Origin: an uncultured delta proteobacterium
Lineage (GTDB): Bacteria > Myxococcota_A > Polyangia > Haliangiales > Haliangiaceae
Reading direction: 5' to 3'
NCBI GenBank assembly: GCA_963848295.1
Contig: CAWKDB010000010.1
Location: 800,001 to 864,000, forward strand
Length of the DNA: 64,000 nucleotides
Below the pieces are notes generated by a model. The model saw only the letters and a program-made list of their open reading frames with translations, ran no database searches and was not told where the DNA came from. This document shows positions 9,320 to 18,714 of the stretch, piece by piece. Made by a program: the position numbers and the translations under genes. Numbering within the stretch: the stretch's first letter is position 1; each line of letters starts with the position of its first letter.

Positions 9320-10153
9320 ATGCGGCTCAACAAGTACCTCGGCGAGAGCGGCCGATGGTCGCGGCGCGAGGCCGACACCCTGATCGAACAAGGCCGGGTC
9401 ACGCTCAACGGTGCACCGGCCCCGCTCGGCGCTCAGGTCAACCCCGGTGACGAGGTCAAGGTCGACGGCGACCTCGTCGGCGGCGCGCGCAAGCTCGAGC
9501 GCCCGGTCTACATCGTGCTCAACAAACCGGTCGGCGTGACCTGCACGACCGAGCGTCACGTCGAAGGCAACATCATCGACTTCGTCGACCACCCCGAGCG
9601 GATCTTCCCGATCGGCCGGCTCGACAAGGACTCCGAAGGCCTGATCCTGCTGACGAACGACGGCGACATCGTCAACGAGGTCCTGCGGTCCGAGCACGAC
9701 CACGACAAGGAGTACGTCGTCGCGGTCGATCGCGGACTCGACGCAGACTTTGCCTCGAAGATGGCCAACGGCGTGCGGCTGTCGGAGGGCACGACGAAGC
9801 GCTGCAAGGTCGTGGTCCACGGCCCCAAGACGTTCACGATCGTGCTGACCCAAGGATGGAATCGTCAGATCCGCCGGATGTGCGAAGCGTTCGGCTATCA
9901 GGTCGTGGCGCTCGAGCGCGTGCGGTTCATGAACGTCGTGCTCGGCAACCTCGCGATCGGCCGATGGCGCAACCTCACGCCGCAAGAGCTCGCAGGGCTG
10001 AAATCCGCGGCGCCGCCTCGCAAGCCCGGAGCACAGCCTCCGAATCCCGGACACGCTCGTCCGAATCCCGGACACGCTCGTCCGAATCCCGGACACGCTC
10101 GTCCGAGTCCCGGCAGTCATCGCGGTCGCAGCGGGCGGCGCGGCGGGCGCTGA
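9320..10153 (+). CDS. rluF: 23S rRNA pseudouridine synthase, RluF/RluB/RsuA family
   Basis: S4 domain MRLNKYL..SRREAD; LNKPVG; IFPIGRLDKDSEGLILLTNDG; LTQGWNRQIRRMCE. Confidence 0.8.
   Translation: MRLNKYLGESGRWSRREADTLIEQGRVTLNGAPAPLGAQVNPGDEVKVDGDLVGGARKLERPVYIVLNKPVGVTCTTERHVEGNIIDFVDHPERIFPIGRLDKDSEGLILLTNDGDIVNEVLRSEHDHDKEYVVAVDRGLDADFASKMANGVRLSEGTTKRCKVVVHGPKTFTIVLTQGWNRQIRRMCEAFGYQVVALERVRFMNVVLGNLAIGRWRNLTPQELAGLKSAAPPRKPGAQPPNPGHARPNPGHARPNPGHARPSPGSHRGRSGRRGGR
10040..10114 (+). repeat. 21-bp coding tandem repeat, 3 exact copies plus a partial one (PNPGHAR)
   Basis: ccgaatcccggacacgctcgt at 10040, 10061, 10082; degenerate ccgagtcccggc at 10103. Confidence 0.95.
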
Positions 10154-10372
10154 GTACGCGTTCGCGGCAAGCCTACACCGGCCGACACGACAGGCCGGCG
10201 GTTACGATCGGGGTAACCAGTTTCTGCGATTCTTTACCCCGCTTCGGATAGCGATCGGGTGTTCTCGACGAGGAATCGCGGATGGTCATCGACGTTCATC
10301 GTTCGCGATGTGCGACGTGCGCCGCTCGTGGCGCACCTAGCTTCGCCGTCCCAGATCAGTACATTGGATCCA

Positions 10373-12172
10373 GTGAAGCTTCACGCTGTAATCGTTGTCG
10401 CTGCGTCGTGCATCCTCGGCTGTGGCAGTCACCAAGCCGACAATTCTTCTCCGGATGCCGGCATCGTGCTCGACGACGCCGCGGTCGATGCGCCCGGTGG
10501 CCCGACGTGCGGCAACGGCAAGCTCGATCCGGGCGAGACCTGCGACGACGGCAACACCACGTCGGGCGACGGCTGCTCGTCCAATTGCTCGATCGAGACC
10601 GGCTTCGCATGCGGTGAGCCCGGCACGTTGTGCTTGTCGACCCACACCTGCGGCAACGGCATCGTCGAGGATCTCGAGGGCTGCGACGATCACAACACGA
10701 CGAGCGGTGACGGCTGCAGCTCGAGCTGCCAGCTCGAAGCCGGTTGGACGTGTCCGGTCCCCGGCATTCGGTGCTCGGCCGCGAGCTGCGGCGATGGCAT
10801 CGTCGCCGGGTTCGAAGAGTGCGACTTGGGCGCGGCCAACGGCACGGGCGCCGGCTGCACCGCCGACTGCAAGATCCAACAAGGCTGGGACTGCCCGCCG
10901 ATGACGACGTGCTCGCAGACCACGTGCGGCGACGGGGTGGTGCAGGGCTTCCCGTACGGCACCGAAGAGTGCGACGACGGCAACGACGACCTCGGCGACG
11001 GCTGCGACCCGCTGTGTCAGCGCGAGCCGATCTGCGCGACCGACGGCACGTGCACCGCGGTGTGCGGCGACGGCGTGCTGCAAGCCGGCGAGCTGTGCGA
11101 CGACGGCAACCTCGAAAACTTCGACGGCTGCTCGAGCACGTGCATGCCGGAGACCGGCTTCACGTGCACGCCGGTCACCGATGGCGAGCCGGCGACGTTG
11201 GCGGTCACGATCGTCTACCGCGACTTCATCGGCGACGACATCGCAGGTGGCTTTGTCGACTTCGAGAACAAGAACGGCGCGGAGAGCGGCCTGCTCGGCC
11301 CGCTGTACACGTCGACGCTGGATAGCGATGGCAAGCCGGTCCTGACGAAGGCGAACCCGAGCACGGTGAGCAGCTCCGCGACGTTCGCCGAATGGTATCG
11401 CGACGAGCCGGGCACGAACCTCACGATCCCGTCGACCCTCACGCTGACCGATCAGGGCTCGAACACGTACCTGTTCGATAGCCAGGCGTTCTTCCCGCTC
11501 GACAACCTCGGCTGGGTCGCGCTCGGCGACGAGCCCGCGCGCGACGGCGGCCACAACTTCAGCTTCACCTCGGAGCTCGCGTACTGGTTCACCTGGAGCG
11601 GCACGGCGAACGAGAAGCTGACGTTCCGCGGCGACGACGACGTCTTCGTGTTCATCAACGGCCGGCTCGCCGTCGACCTCGGCGGCGTGCACAGCGCGGA
11701 GACCGGCTCGGTCACGCTCGACGCCGCGACCGGCGCGAAGCTCGGGATGGTCGCGGGCGGCACCTACCAGGTCGATGTGTTCCAGGCCGAGCGCCACACG
11801 AGCGGGTCGTCGTATCAGCTCACGCTGGAGGGCTTCAACGCGCCACATAGCCAGTGCGTGTCGACGTGCGGCGATGGCATCACCTCGTCGCAAGAGGCGT
11901 GCGACGACGGCACGAACGACGGTAGCTACGGCTCGTGCACGCCGGATTGCCTCGGCTTCGGCCCGCGTTGCGGCGACGGCATCGTGCAGCCCGATCACGA
12001 ACAATGCGACGACGGCACGAACACCGGCGGTTACAACCACTGCAATCCGAACTGCACGCTCGGCCCGCGCTGTGGCGACGGCATCGTCCAGACCGCCGAT
12101 GGCGAGGCCTGCGACGACGGCAACGACGATCCGAACGACGGCTGCGACAACTGCCAGGTCGTGATCCAGTAG
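10373..12172 (+). CDS. Cys-rich DUF4215 (myxobacterial disulfide repeat) lipoprotein with a fibro-slime (PA14-like) domain
   Basis: Lipobox ILGC; many CG(N/D)G..E.CDDGN...GDGC repeats; YRDF, FFPLD, HNFSFTSE, FRGDDDVFVFING.LAVDLGGVH, FQAERH. Confidence 0.9.
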   Translation: MKLHAVIVVAASCILGCGSHQADNSSPDAGIVLDDAAVDAPGGPTCGNGKLDPGETCDDGNTTSGDGCSSNCSIETGFACGEPGTLCLSTHTCGNGIVEDLEGCDDHNTTSGDGCSSSCQLEAGWTCPVPGIRCSAASCGDGIVAGFEECDLGAANGTGAGCTADCKIQQGWDCPPMTTCSQTTCGDGVVQGFPYGTEECDDGNDDLGDGCDPLCQREPICATDGTCTAVCGDGVLQAGELCDDGNLENFDGCSSTCMPETGFTCTPVTDGEPATLAVTIVYRDFIGDDIAGGFVDFENKNGAESGLLGPLYTSTLDSDGKPVLTKANPSTVSSSATFAEWYRDEPGTNLTIPSTLTLTDQGSNTYLFDSQAFFPLDNLGWVALGDEPARDGGHNFSFTSELAYWFTWSGTANEKLTFRGDDDVFVFINGRLAVDLGGVHSAETGSVTLDAATGAKLGMVAGGTYQVDVFQAERHTSGSSYQLTLEGFNAPHSQCVSTCGDGITSSQEACDDGTNDGSYGSCTPDCLGFGPRCGDGIVQPDHEQCDDGTNTGGYNHCNPNCTLGPRCGDGIVQTADGEACDDGNDDPNDGCDNCQVVIQ

Positions 12173-12207
12173 CTCGCCAGATCCCCGCTTCTCGGCGGTG
12201 TGCGGTC

Positions 12208-12486
12208 CTACACCGCCGGGCGCCCACGCCCCGGTCCGTACGAGCGGTGCAGGAGGTGGATCACGACGAGCAAGATCACCGCGCCGATGAAGGCGACGAA
12301 GATCGTCCCGCCCAAACCACCGAACGGCACGCTCCAGCCGGCGCGCTGGAACACATACCCGCCGATAAACGCCCCGGCGACGCCTACGACGAGGTCACCG
12401 AGTAGCCCGTAGCCGGCTCCTCCGACGACGAGCGACGCGAGAACTCCCGATACTAATCCGACGACGAGCCATGTGATGAGGTCCAT
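12208..12486 (-). CDS. GlsB/YeaQ/YmgE (transglycosylase-associated) stress membrane protein
   Basis: WLVVGLVSGVLA..GYGLLGDLVVGVAGAFIGG..AFIGAVILL. Confidence 0.9.
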   Translation of the reverse strand: MDLITWLVVGLVSGVLASLVVGGAGYGLLGDLVVGVAGAFIGGYVFQRAGWSVPFGGLGGTIFVAFIGAVILLVVIHLLHRSYGPGRGRPAV

Positions 12487-12498
12487 GACCCGTTCAAA

Positions 12499-12514
12499 AG
12501 CACGTCACGTGCCA
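12499..12514 (-). promoter_or_regulatory. Putative sigma54 -24/-12 promoter
   Basis: TGGCACGTGACGTGCT (GG-N10-GC); 13 nt between GC and the ATG at 12486. Confidence 0.65.
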
Positions 12515-12521
12515 GGTCTTG

Positions 12522-13913
12522 CTAGTGCTTGACGGGAACGCGCGCCGCGCCGAGGTGCTGCCACGTATCGCGGCTTGGCAGCTTGCGCGAGATGACCGAC
12601 AGGGTCGGTGGCGCGACCGCGATGCCACCGACGTGCGACTGCTCGGCGATCTGCGCCGGCAGCTCGAACAGCGGCGAGACGATCGGGTCGCCGGCCGGGT
12701 CGATCAACGCGAGTTGCTCGCCGACGAGGCCGTCGGCGTTGATTTCACCGTACGTGCCGTTGTCGACGACGGCGAGCAGGTTCGTACCGAAGTACGCCAT
12801 CGACTCGACCGGTGCGCCAATCGGCCAGTCGAGCGTGGCGACCGAGGTGAGCGCGCCGGTGCCGGTGTCGACGCTGTCGAGCGCGCCCGTTGTGGTGAAT
12901 ACCGAGTCCGTATCTGCACCCGCGCCATTCGCCGCGACGAACACGTTGCCGCCGCCGTCGACTGCGAGGGCGCCCCAAGGGAACGCATCCGTTTGCGCCG
13001 TACCCGCCAGCGTGAGTGCGCCGCTGCCCTGGTCGATCGTGACGAGTGATTGCTTCGTCAAGGTCGTGGTCTGTGCCCAGCCGTAGAGCGTCGTGCCGCT
13101 GAACGACAGACCGCTCACGACATAGTTCGTCGCGCCGTGCTTGGTGTTACCGAGGACCGTGACCGAGCCGTCGACCAAGCTGATCGTGACGAGCTGCGAT
13201 ACTCCCGTCTCGGGGTCGTCGGCGGGCGAAGTGCCGGTCGTGACCGCGAACAACGTGCCGTCCGCCGCGAACGCGAGGCCGGCGATGCCGTAGCCGGTCA
13301 TGCCGTCATCCTCGAGCAGCGGGCCGAGATCGAGCGAGAGCTCGGCGAGCGGGTCGATGACATAGAGATCGCCGCCGGCGCCGAACGAGCCGCCGCCATC
13401 GCCATCGGCCGCGAAGATCGCGTCGTACACGAACGGTGTGCTCGCGGAGCCGAGGTTCGTGGTGACCGTGACGTCGACGCCGACGCTCAGCGAGCAGTCG
13501 GGCGGAATCTCGCCCGCGATCGTCGTGGCCGTCGCCGCGCCCACGGTCGCTTGGCAGTCCATGTCCGTGGTGTCGCCGAAGTAGACGGTGAGGCCCGTGA
13601 CGTCGGCGCCCGCGAACCCGGTCCCGGTGATCGTGAACAGATCGAACCCGGTGAAGCCGGCGTCCGTCGGGTCCATCATCGTGATCGTCGGCGCGGCCGA
13701 AGCCGCCGGTCCGTCCGGCACGCAGGTCATCCCGTCGGTGTCGAGGTGCGTGCCGGTGCCGCAGACATCGCCGCTGCCGCCGCTGCCGCTGCCGGCTTCG
13801 CAGGTGTCGCCGACGAGCGTCGTGCCGGTACCGCAGGTGACGTCAGAGCCATTGCCGCTACTTCCGCAGCCGGTGGCCGCGACGATTCCAGTGAGGACGA
13901 GCCAATTGCGCAT
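12522..13913 (-). CDS. Lipoprotein with an IPT/TIG domain and a probable beta-propeller
   Basis: Lipobox AATGC; CGTGT repeats; PTITMMDP..FTITGTGF (IPT/TIG); repeated GLAF..DGTLF / LVTID blades. Confidence 0.7.
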   Translation of the reverse strand: MRNWLVLTGIVAATGCGSSGNGSDVTCGTGTTLVGDTCEAGSGSGGSGDVCGTGTHLDTDGMTCVPDGPAASAAPTITMMDPTDAGFTGFDLFTITGTGFAGADVTGLTVYFGDTTDMDCQATVGAATATTIAGEIPPDCSLSVGVDVTVTTNLGSASTPFVYDAIFAADGDGGGSFGAGGDLYVIDPLAELSLDLGPLLEDDGMTGYGIAGLAFAADGTLFAVTTGTSPADDPETGVSQLVTISLVDGSVTVLGNTKHGATNYVVSGLSFSGTTLYGWAQTTTLTKQSLVTIDQGSGALTLAGTAQTDAFPWGALAVDGGGNVFVAANGAGADTDSVFTTTGALDSVDTGTGALTSVATLDWPIGAPVESMAYFGTNLLAVVDNGTYGEINADGLVGEQLALIDPAGDPIVSPLFELPAQIAEQSHVGGIAVAPPTLSVISRKLPSRDTWQHLGAARVPVKH

Positions 13914-14044
13914 TTGCGCGATGTGTTGCACGAATGGCCGGTGGACTGCAAGAGGACATCTTGTCCTCCGCCGTCGACGAATCACGACCCGCCCGAAGTG
14001 GCGCCGGCTCGTCGTCTGGCCGGCAGGCGCGCTAAGGTCCGCGC

Positions 14045-14749
14045 ATGACGAAACGACCGGTTTGTGTCGTAGTAGGCGTCGGCCCCGGCAACGGCGCGGC
14101 GTTCGCGCGGCGGTTCGACCGCGACGGCTATGCGGTAGCCCTGCTCGCCCGCAACGATGCGTTCGGCAAAGAGCTCGCGGCCAGCCTCACCCAGGGGAAG
14201 GCGTGGGCGTGCGATGTCGGCGACGCCGCCGCGGTGGAGCGCGTGTTCGGCGCGATCCGCGGCGAGCTCGGCGATCCGGCGGTCGTCGTCTACAACGCCG
14301 GCTCGGGCACGTTCGGCACGTTCGACGACGTCTCGGCCGCCGATCTCGAGGCGAGCTGGCGGGTCAACACGCTCGGCGCGTTCCTCGTCGCGAAGCAAGT
14401 GACGCCGGCGATGAAGCGCGCCGGCACCGGGAGCTTCCTCATCATCGGGGCGACCGCATCGCGGCGCGGCGGCGCGAAGACCGCGGCGTTCGCTCAGGCG
14501 AAGGCGGCGCAACGCTCGCTCGCGGAGTCGCTCGCGCGCCATCTCTGGCCCGCCGGCGTGCACGTCGCGGTGATCGTGATCGACGGCGTCGTCGATCTAC
14601 CGCGGACGCGCGCTCGCATGCCGGATAAGCCGGCGACGTTCTTCGTCGAGCCCGAAGCGGTCGCCGCGACGGCGGCGTTTCTCGCGGCACAACCGCGGTC
14701 GGCGTGGACGTTCGAGCTCGAAGCGCGCCCGTTCGGCGAGACCTGGTAG
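14045..14749 (+). CDS. Short-chain dehydrogenase/reductase
   Basis: VVGVGPGNG Rossmann motif; YNAG; GATASRRG; FAQAK; GVHVAVIVIDG. Confidence 0.9.
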   Translation: MTKRPVCVVVGVGPGNGAAFARRFDRDGYAVALLARNDAFGKELAASLTQGKAWACDVGDAAAVERVFGAIRGELGDPAVVVYNAGSGTFGTFDDVSAADLEASWRVNTLGAFLVAKQVTPAMKRAGTGSFLIIGATASRRGGAKTAAFAQAKAAQRSLAESLARHLWPAGVHVAVIVIDGVVDLPRTRARMPDKPATFFVEPEAVAATAAFLAAQPRSAWTFELEARPFGETW

Positions 14750-14824
14750 GCAGCGGCGCACCACCGAGCGCGAGCGCGCAGGCGCGAGGCTGCGATCTGC
14801 GCGAATTGCCCCCGTCCATCCGCA

Positions 14825-14840
14825 TGGTCCGGTGCTTGCT
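14825..14840 (+). promoter_or_regulatory. Putative sigma54 -24/-12 promoter
   Basis: TGGTCCGGTGCTTGCT (GG-N10-GC); 14 nt between GC and the ATG at 14854. Confidence 0.5.
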
Positions 14841-14853
14841 GATGGATCGCGGC

Positions 14854-15604
14854 ATGAAGAGCTTAGCCTTGTTAGGTCTGTCTCTCGTCCCGTCGGTCGC
14901 GTGCTCGACTACCGGCGATCACACCGCGACCCAAGCCGAGTACGACGACGTCGCACAGCAGCTAGCTAGCGAGCACGACGGCACCGGGCGCCGGCGGCGG
15001 CGAGATCGGATCGATGTCCGACGCGATGACGCTCGCGCTCGGTGGCTCGCTCCCGGGCTTCACGCTCGACGGCAGCGGCATGCTCACCGGCATGCACGGC
15101 GGCTTGACGTACAGCTACGGCATCACGTGCAAGGACGCGAGCGGCGCGATGCTCCCGGCGTGCACCTCGCTGACCGACTCCGCGGATCTCGACCTGATGT
15201 GGTCCGGCACGCTCGCGCTGCCGAACTTCACCGCGTCGGTCGCGCGCGGCGGCGACTGGTCGCTCACCGGGTTGCAGACGAGCCAGGCCAGGATCGCGGG
15301 GAGCGGTAACTTCACGTTCGACGCGAGCGTGACCTCGATCTTCCGCGCGAGCACGTCGAGCTATCACCTCAGCTACGACGCGATGTACGACGCCGTGCTG
15401 ATCGACACCGCGACCAAGCTCGCGGTCGGCGGCGACGTGATGTACGCGATCGATGGCCAGCACACGAGCGGGGGCTCGAGCTCGCAGCTCTCGATCGATG
15501 CCGAGCTCGCGTTCCACGCCGACGGCACGGCGACGCTGACCCTCGACGGCAGCCACGAGTACGCGCTCGATCTCGCGACCGGCGTGGTCGTCAAAGTGAA
15601 GTAG
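14854..15604 (+). pseudogene. Beta-rich lipoprotein interrupted by a frameshift at a tandem CTAG duplication
   Basis: MKSLALLGLSLVPSVAC lipoprotein start in one frame and the body (15014-15604) in the next; CTAGCTAG at 14962-14969; removing one CTAG joins them. Confidence 0.7.
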
Positions 15605-15757
15605 CGGTACGGGTCAGAGGTCCGCTGGATCATTTCTTTTTTCGCCGGGATCGCAGGGTCGGCAGACCCCCAGGACCGGGGTGAGTTGTCTCAGGTATCT
15701 GGATCCAGTTCCCCCTGATCTCGGGTGGTTGCGCACATGGTGGGGAGGCGTGGGCGG

Positions 15758-15773
15758 CGGCACACCCGTTGCT
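15758..15773 (+). promoter_or_regulatory. Putative sigma54 -24/-12 promoter
   Basis: CGGCACACCCGTTGCT (GG-N10-GC); 13 nt between GC and the ATG at 15786. Confidence 0.65.
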
Positions 15774-15785
15774 TTACTCCAGGCC

Positions 15786-16994
15786 ATGGCTCGCCACGTT
15801 ACCCCGATGCTGTTGTCGCTAGGGTTCGCGATCGCCTGCGCCGGTTGCACCGGGTTCATCACGGGCGAGTCGTTCGGCAGCGGTAGTGGCAGCGGCAGCG
15901 ACGACCCGGTCCAAGAGGCCGCCGATCAGTGGAACAACAACGCGTACCCGCTGTTCAACAGCCTGTGCGTGGGTTGCCATAACAACGCGGCGATGATGGC
16001 AACGACCCCGCAGTTCCTCGCCGGGACCGACGCCGCCAGCATGCGCACGACGTTGCTGGGCTTCCCCGGGGGATTCGTCAACCTCACCTCGCCGGCCGAC
16101 AGCTTGGTCGTGACCGAGGGCCCGGCGCACCCCGGCACCACGTGGCCGACCGGCGATCCCGCGATCATCCAGACGTGGGTCGAGGCCGAGCAGGCCGCGG
16201 CGGCGACGACGATGCCCGGCGACGGCACGCTCGAGACCGATCCGATGCCGCTGCAGCTCTGCGTGGTGCCGAGCGGCGGTGACGACTCGGCCTGCCCCAA
16301 GACGACGTTCGACCTGAGCGGGCTCGGTCTGCCGGGCGCGTCGATCACGCTCGTCGCGCAGCAGCTGACACCGACGAGCGGCATCTACATCGACTTCCTC
16401 AGCCTCAACGGCGCCGCGGCAGGCGCGTACATCGAGCATCCGCTGTTCATCGACTCGCCCACCGGCGAGCAAGCCCTCGAGGACGAGTTCGATCAGTTCG
16501 AGACCGTGAAGACCGACGTCGCGCCGTCGACCGCGGCCGCGATCGGGGCCGGTGCGGCCGCGTTCACCGAGTTCGTCCCGACCGACCCGATCGTCATCTC
16601 GTTCAAGGTCGTCATGCCGTACCAGCCTGCGGTGGACATGCCCCCGACCGGCGGCTGCAACGACGTCGCGGACTTCATCACCGACGCGCAGCCGCTGATG
16701 AACTCGGATTGCGCGAGCTGCCATGCCGGCAGCAATGCGAGCGCGACGAACGCCATGAACCTGACCGGGATCAACACCCCGAACAACGCGACCGCGATCG
16801 CGGCGGCGTGTGCACAAGCGCTCAACCACGCGAGCATCACGGCGGGCTCGATCCCCACGAGCCTGATCCTCGTCGAGCCCGATCCGGCGCAGGCCGCGGG
16901 TCACCCGTTCAAGATCACGAACGCCGGCAACCTCACCACGTTCAAGACCGACCTAACGAACTGGCTGACCAAAGAAGCTGCCGCGGCGCCGTGA
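15786..16994 (+). CDS. Putative diheme c-type cytochrome lipoprotein
   Basis: Lipobox ACAGC; CVGCH and CASCH heme-binding motifs in two similar domains flanking a beta-rich middle. Confidence 0.7.
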   Translation: MARHVTPMLLSLGFAIACAGCTGFITGESFGSGSGSGSDDPVQEAADQWNNNAYPLFNSLCVGCHNNAAMMATTPQFLAGTDAASMRTTLLGFPGGFVNLTSPADSLVVTEGPAHPGTTWPTGDPAIIQTWVEAEQAAAATTMPGDGTLETDPMPLQLCVVPSGGDDSACPKTTFDLSGLGLPGASITLVAQQLTPTSGIYIDFLSLNGAAAGAYIEHPLFIDSPTGEQALEDEFDQFETVKTDVAPSTAAAIGAGAAAFTEFVPTDPIVISFKVVMPYQPAVDMPPTGGCNDVADFITDAQPLMNSDCASCHAGSNASATNAMNLTGINTPNNATAIAAACAQALNHASITAGSIPTSLILVEPDPAQAAGHPFKITNAGNLTTFKTDLTNWLTKEAAAAP

Positions 16995-17149
16995 TCACCG
17001 CCGCGGGGCGTGGTTGCGAGTCTCCGCGCCCAAAGGCCGCGACTGGCGCGATCGTGCGTTCGCGGTGCACATCCTGCGACGGCTCCGCTCGATGCGGCGA
17101 ATGCCGGGGCTGTGAAGCGCGAGCCGGCTCGCTGGAGTAGGCTGCGCCC

Positions 17150-18088
17150 ATGATCTACGACAACATCACCGAAACGATCGGACGCACTCCGATCGTGCGC
17201 ATCCACAAGCTCGCGCCGGCGAACATCGCGATGTACGTCAAGGTCGAGTCGTTCAATCCCGGCGGTTCGGTCAAGGACCGGCTCGCGCTCGGCATCATCG
17301 AGGACGCCGAACGCCGCGGCACGCTCAAGCCCGGCCAGACCGTGGTCGAGTCGACCTCCGGCAACACCGGCATCGCGCTCGCCATGGTGTGCGCGCAGCG
17401 TGGCTATCCGTTCGTCGCGGTGATGGCGGAGCCGTTCTCGGTCGAGCGTCGCCAGATCATGCGCGCGTACGGCGCGAAGGTCGTGCTCACACCCGCGGCG
17501 TTGCGTGGCACCGGCATGGTCAAGAAGGCCGAGGAGCTCGCCCGCGAGCACGGCTGGTTCCTCGCACGCCAGTTCGAGAACGAAGCAAATCCGGCGTACC
17601 ACCGGCAGACGACCGGACCGGAGATCTTGCAGGACTTCGCCGGCAAACGACTCGACTACTTCGTCACCGGCTGGGGCACCGGCGGCACGATGACCGGCGC
17701 GGGCCAGATCCTCAAGGCCGCGCGACCCGATCTCAAGGTCGTCGCCGCGGAGCCGTCGGACGCGCAGCTGCTCGGCAACGAAGAGTGGAAGCCGCACAAG
17801 ATCCAAGGCTGGGTGCCCGACTTCGTGCCGGCGGTGCTCGATCGCACGGTGTTCGACCAACGCGTGGCGGTCACCGATGCCGACGCCGTGAAGACCGCGC
17901 GCGCCCTCGCGCGGGACGAAGGCATCTTCGTCGGGATCTCGGCCGGCGCGACGTTCAGCGCCGCACTTCACGTCGCCGCGACCGCGCCCGGTGGCAGCGC
18001 GATCCTCGCGATGTTGCCGGACACCGGCGAGCGCTATCTCTCGACCGTGTTGTTCGAAGGGATCAACACCGGCTCCGACGACGTGTGA
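17150..18088 (+). CDS. cysK: Cysteine synthase A (O-acetylserine sulfhydrylase)
   Basis: IGRTPIV, KVESFNPGGSVKDR (PLP Lys), STSGNTGIALA, GWGTGGT, PHKIQG, LPDTGERYLS. Confidence 0.92.
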   Translation: MIYDNITETIGRTPIVRIHKLAPANIAMYVKVESFNPGGSVKDRLALGIIEDAERRGTLKPGQTVVESTSGNTGIALAMVCAQRGYPFVAVMAEPFSVERRQIMRAYGAKVVLTPAALRGTGMVKKAEELAREHGWFLARQFENEANPAYHRQTTGPEILQDFAGKRLDYFVTGWGTGGTMTGAGQILKAARPDLKVVAAEPSDAQLLGNEEWKPHKIQGWVPDFVPAVLDRTVFDQRVAVTDADAVKTARALARDEGIFVGISAGATFSAALHVAATAPGGSAILAMLPDTGERYLSTVLFEGINTGSDDV

Positions 18089-18095
18089 AACCGCT

Positions 18096-18653
18096 CTACT
18101 TCTTCTTCGCGTACATCCCGGTGAGCGTCGCTTTGCCGAGCATGTTGGCGTTCGCGTTGAAGCCGACGAACGACGCGGTCGCTCCGGCGGGAAGCTCGAG
18201 CTTGTCGGTCTTCAGCGCGTAGAGCGTGAAGTTGTAGTGATGGTTGCCGCTCGGCGGGCACGGACCGCCGTAGCCGGGGCTACCGAAGTCGGTCGTGGCC
18301 TGCGTCGCGCCCTTCGGGATCGCGCTGTTGTCGGCCTTGCCGGCGCCTTGCGGCAGGCTCTTCGTGTCGGCCGGGATGTTGTAGACGACCCAGTGCCAGA
18401 AGCCGGCGCCGCCTGTCGGTGCGTCGGGGTCGTGGACCATCAGCACGAAGCTCTTCGTTCCGGCCGGCGGGTTCGACCACTCGAGCTCGGGCGACACGTT
18501 GTCGCCGGTGCAGCCGAAGCTGTTGAACGCGAACTTGTCGGGGATCGCGCCGCGGGACTTGAAATCGGTGCTCTTGAGCGTGAACGGAGCGGCCGCGGCG
18601 GTGGCCGCAAACGCGATCATGGACCAGCAAGCTGCGAGAGACATCTTCGACAT
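18096..18653 (-). CDS. YbhB/YbcL family (PEBP/Raf kinase inhibitor-like) secreted protein
   Basis: Signal peptide; NVSPELEW, DPDAP, FWHWVVYNIP, YGGPCPP, HHYNFTLYAL. Confidence 0.92.
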   Translation of the reverse strand: MSKMSLAACWSMIAFAATAAAAPFTLKSTDFKSRGAIPDKFAFNSFGCTGDNVSPELEWSNPPAGTKSFVLMVHDPDAPTGGAGFWHWVVYNIPADTKSLPQGAGKADNSAIPKGATQATTDFGSPGYGGPCPPSGNHHYNFTLYALKTDKLELPAGATASFVGFNANANMLGKATLTGMYAKKK

Positions 18654-18714
18654 GAGCTAGCTCCTCGGTTGATGGCCCGCACGATAGACCAGATCGCGCG
18701 GCGACGGCTCGTCG

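Noticed and set aside
13914..13945. Fifth sigma54 promoter upstream of the IPT/TIG lipoprotein
   Set aside because: TGCA sits at the expected distance but the GG is spaced N8, not N10
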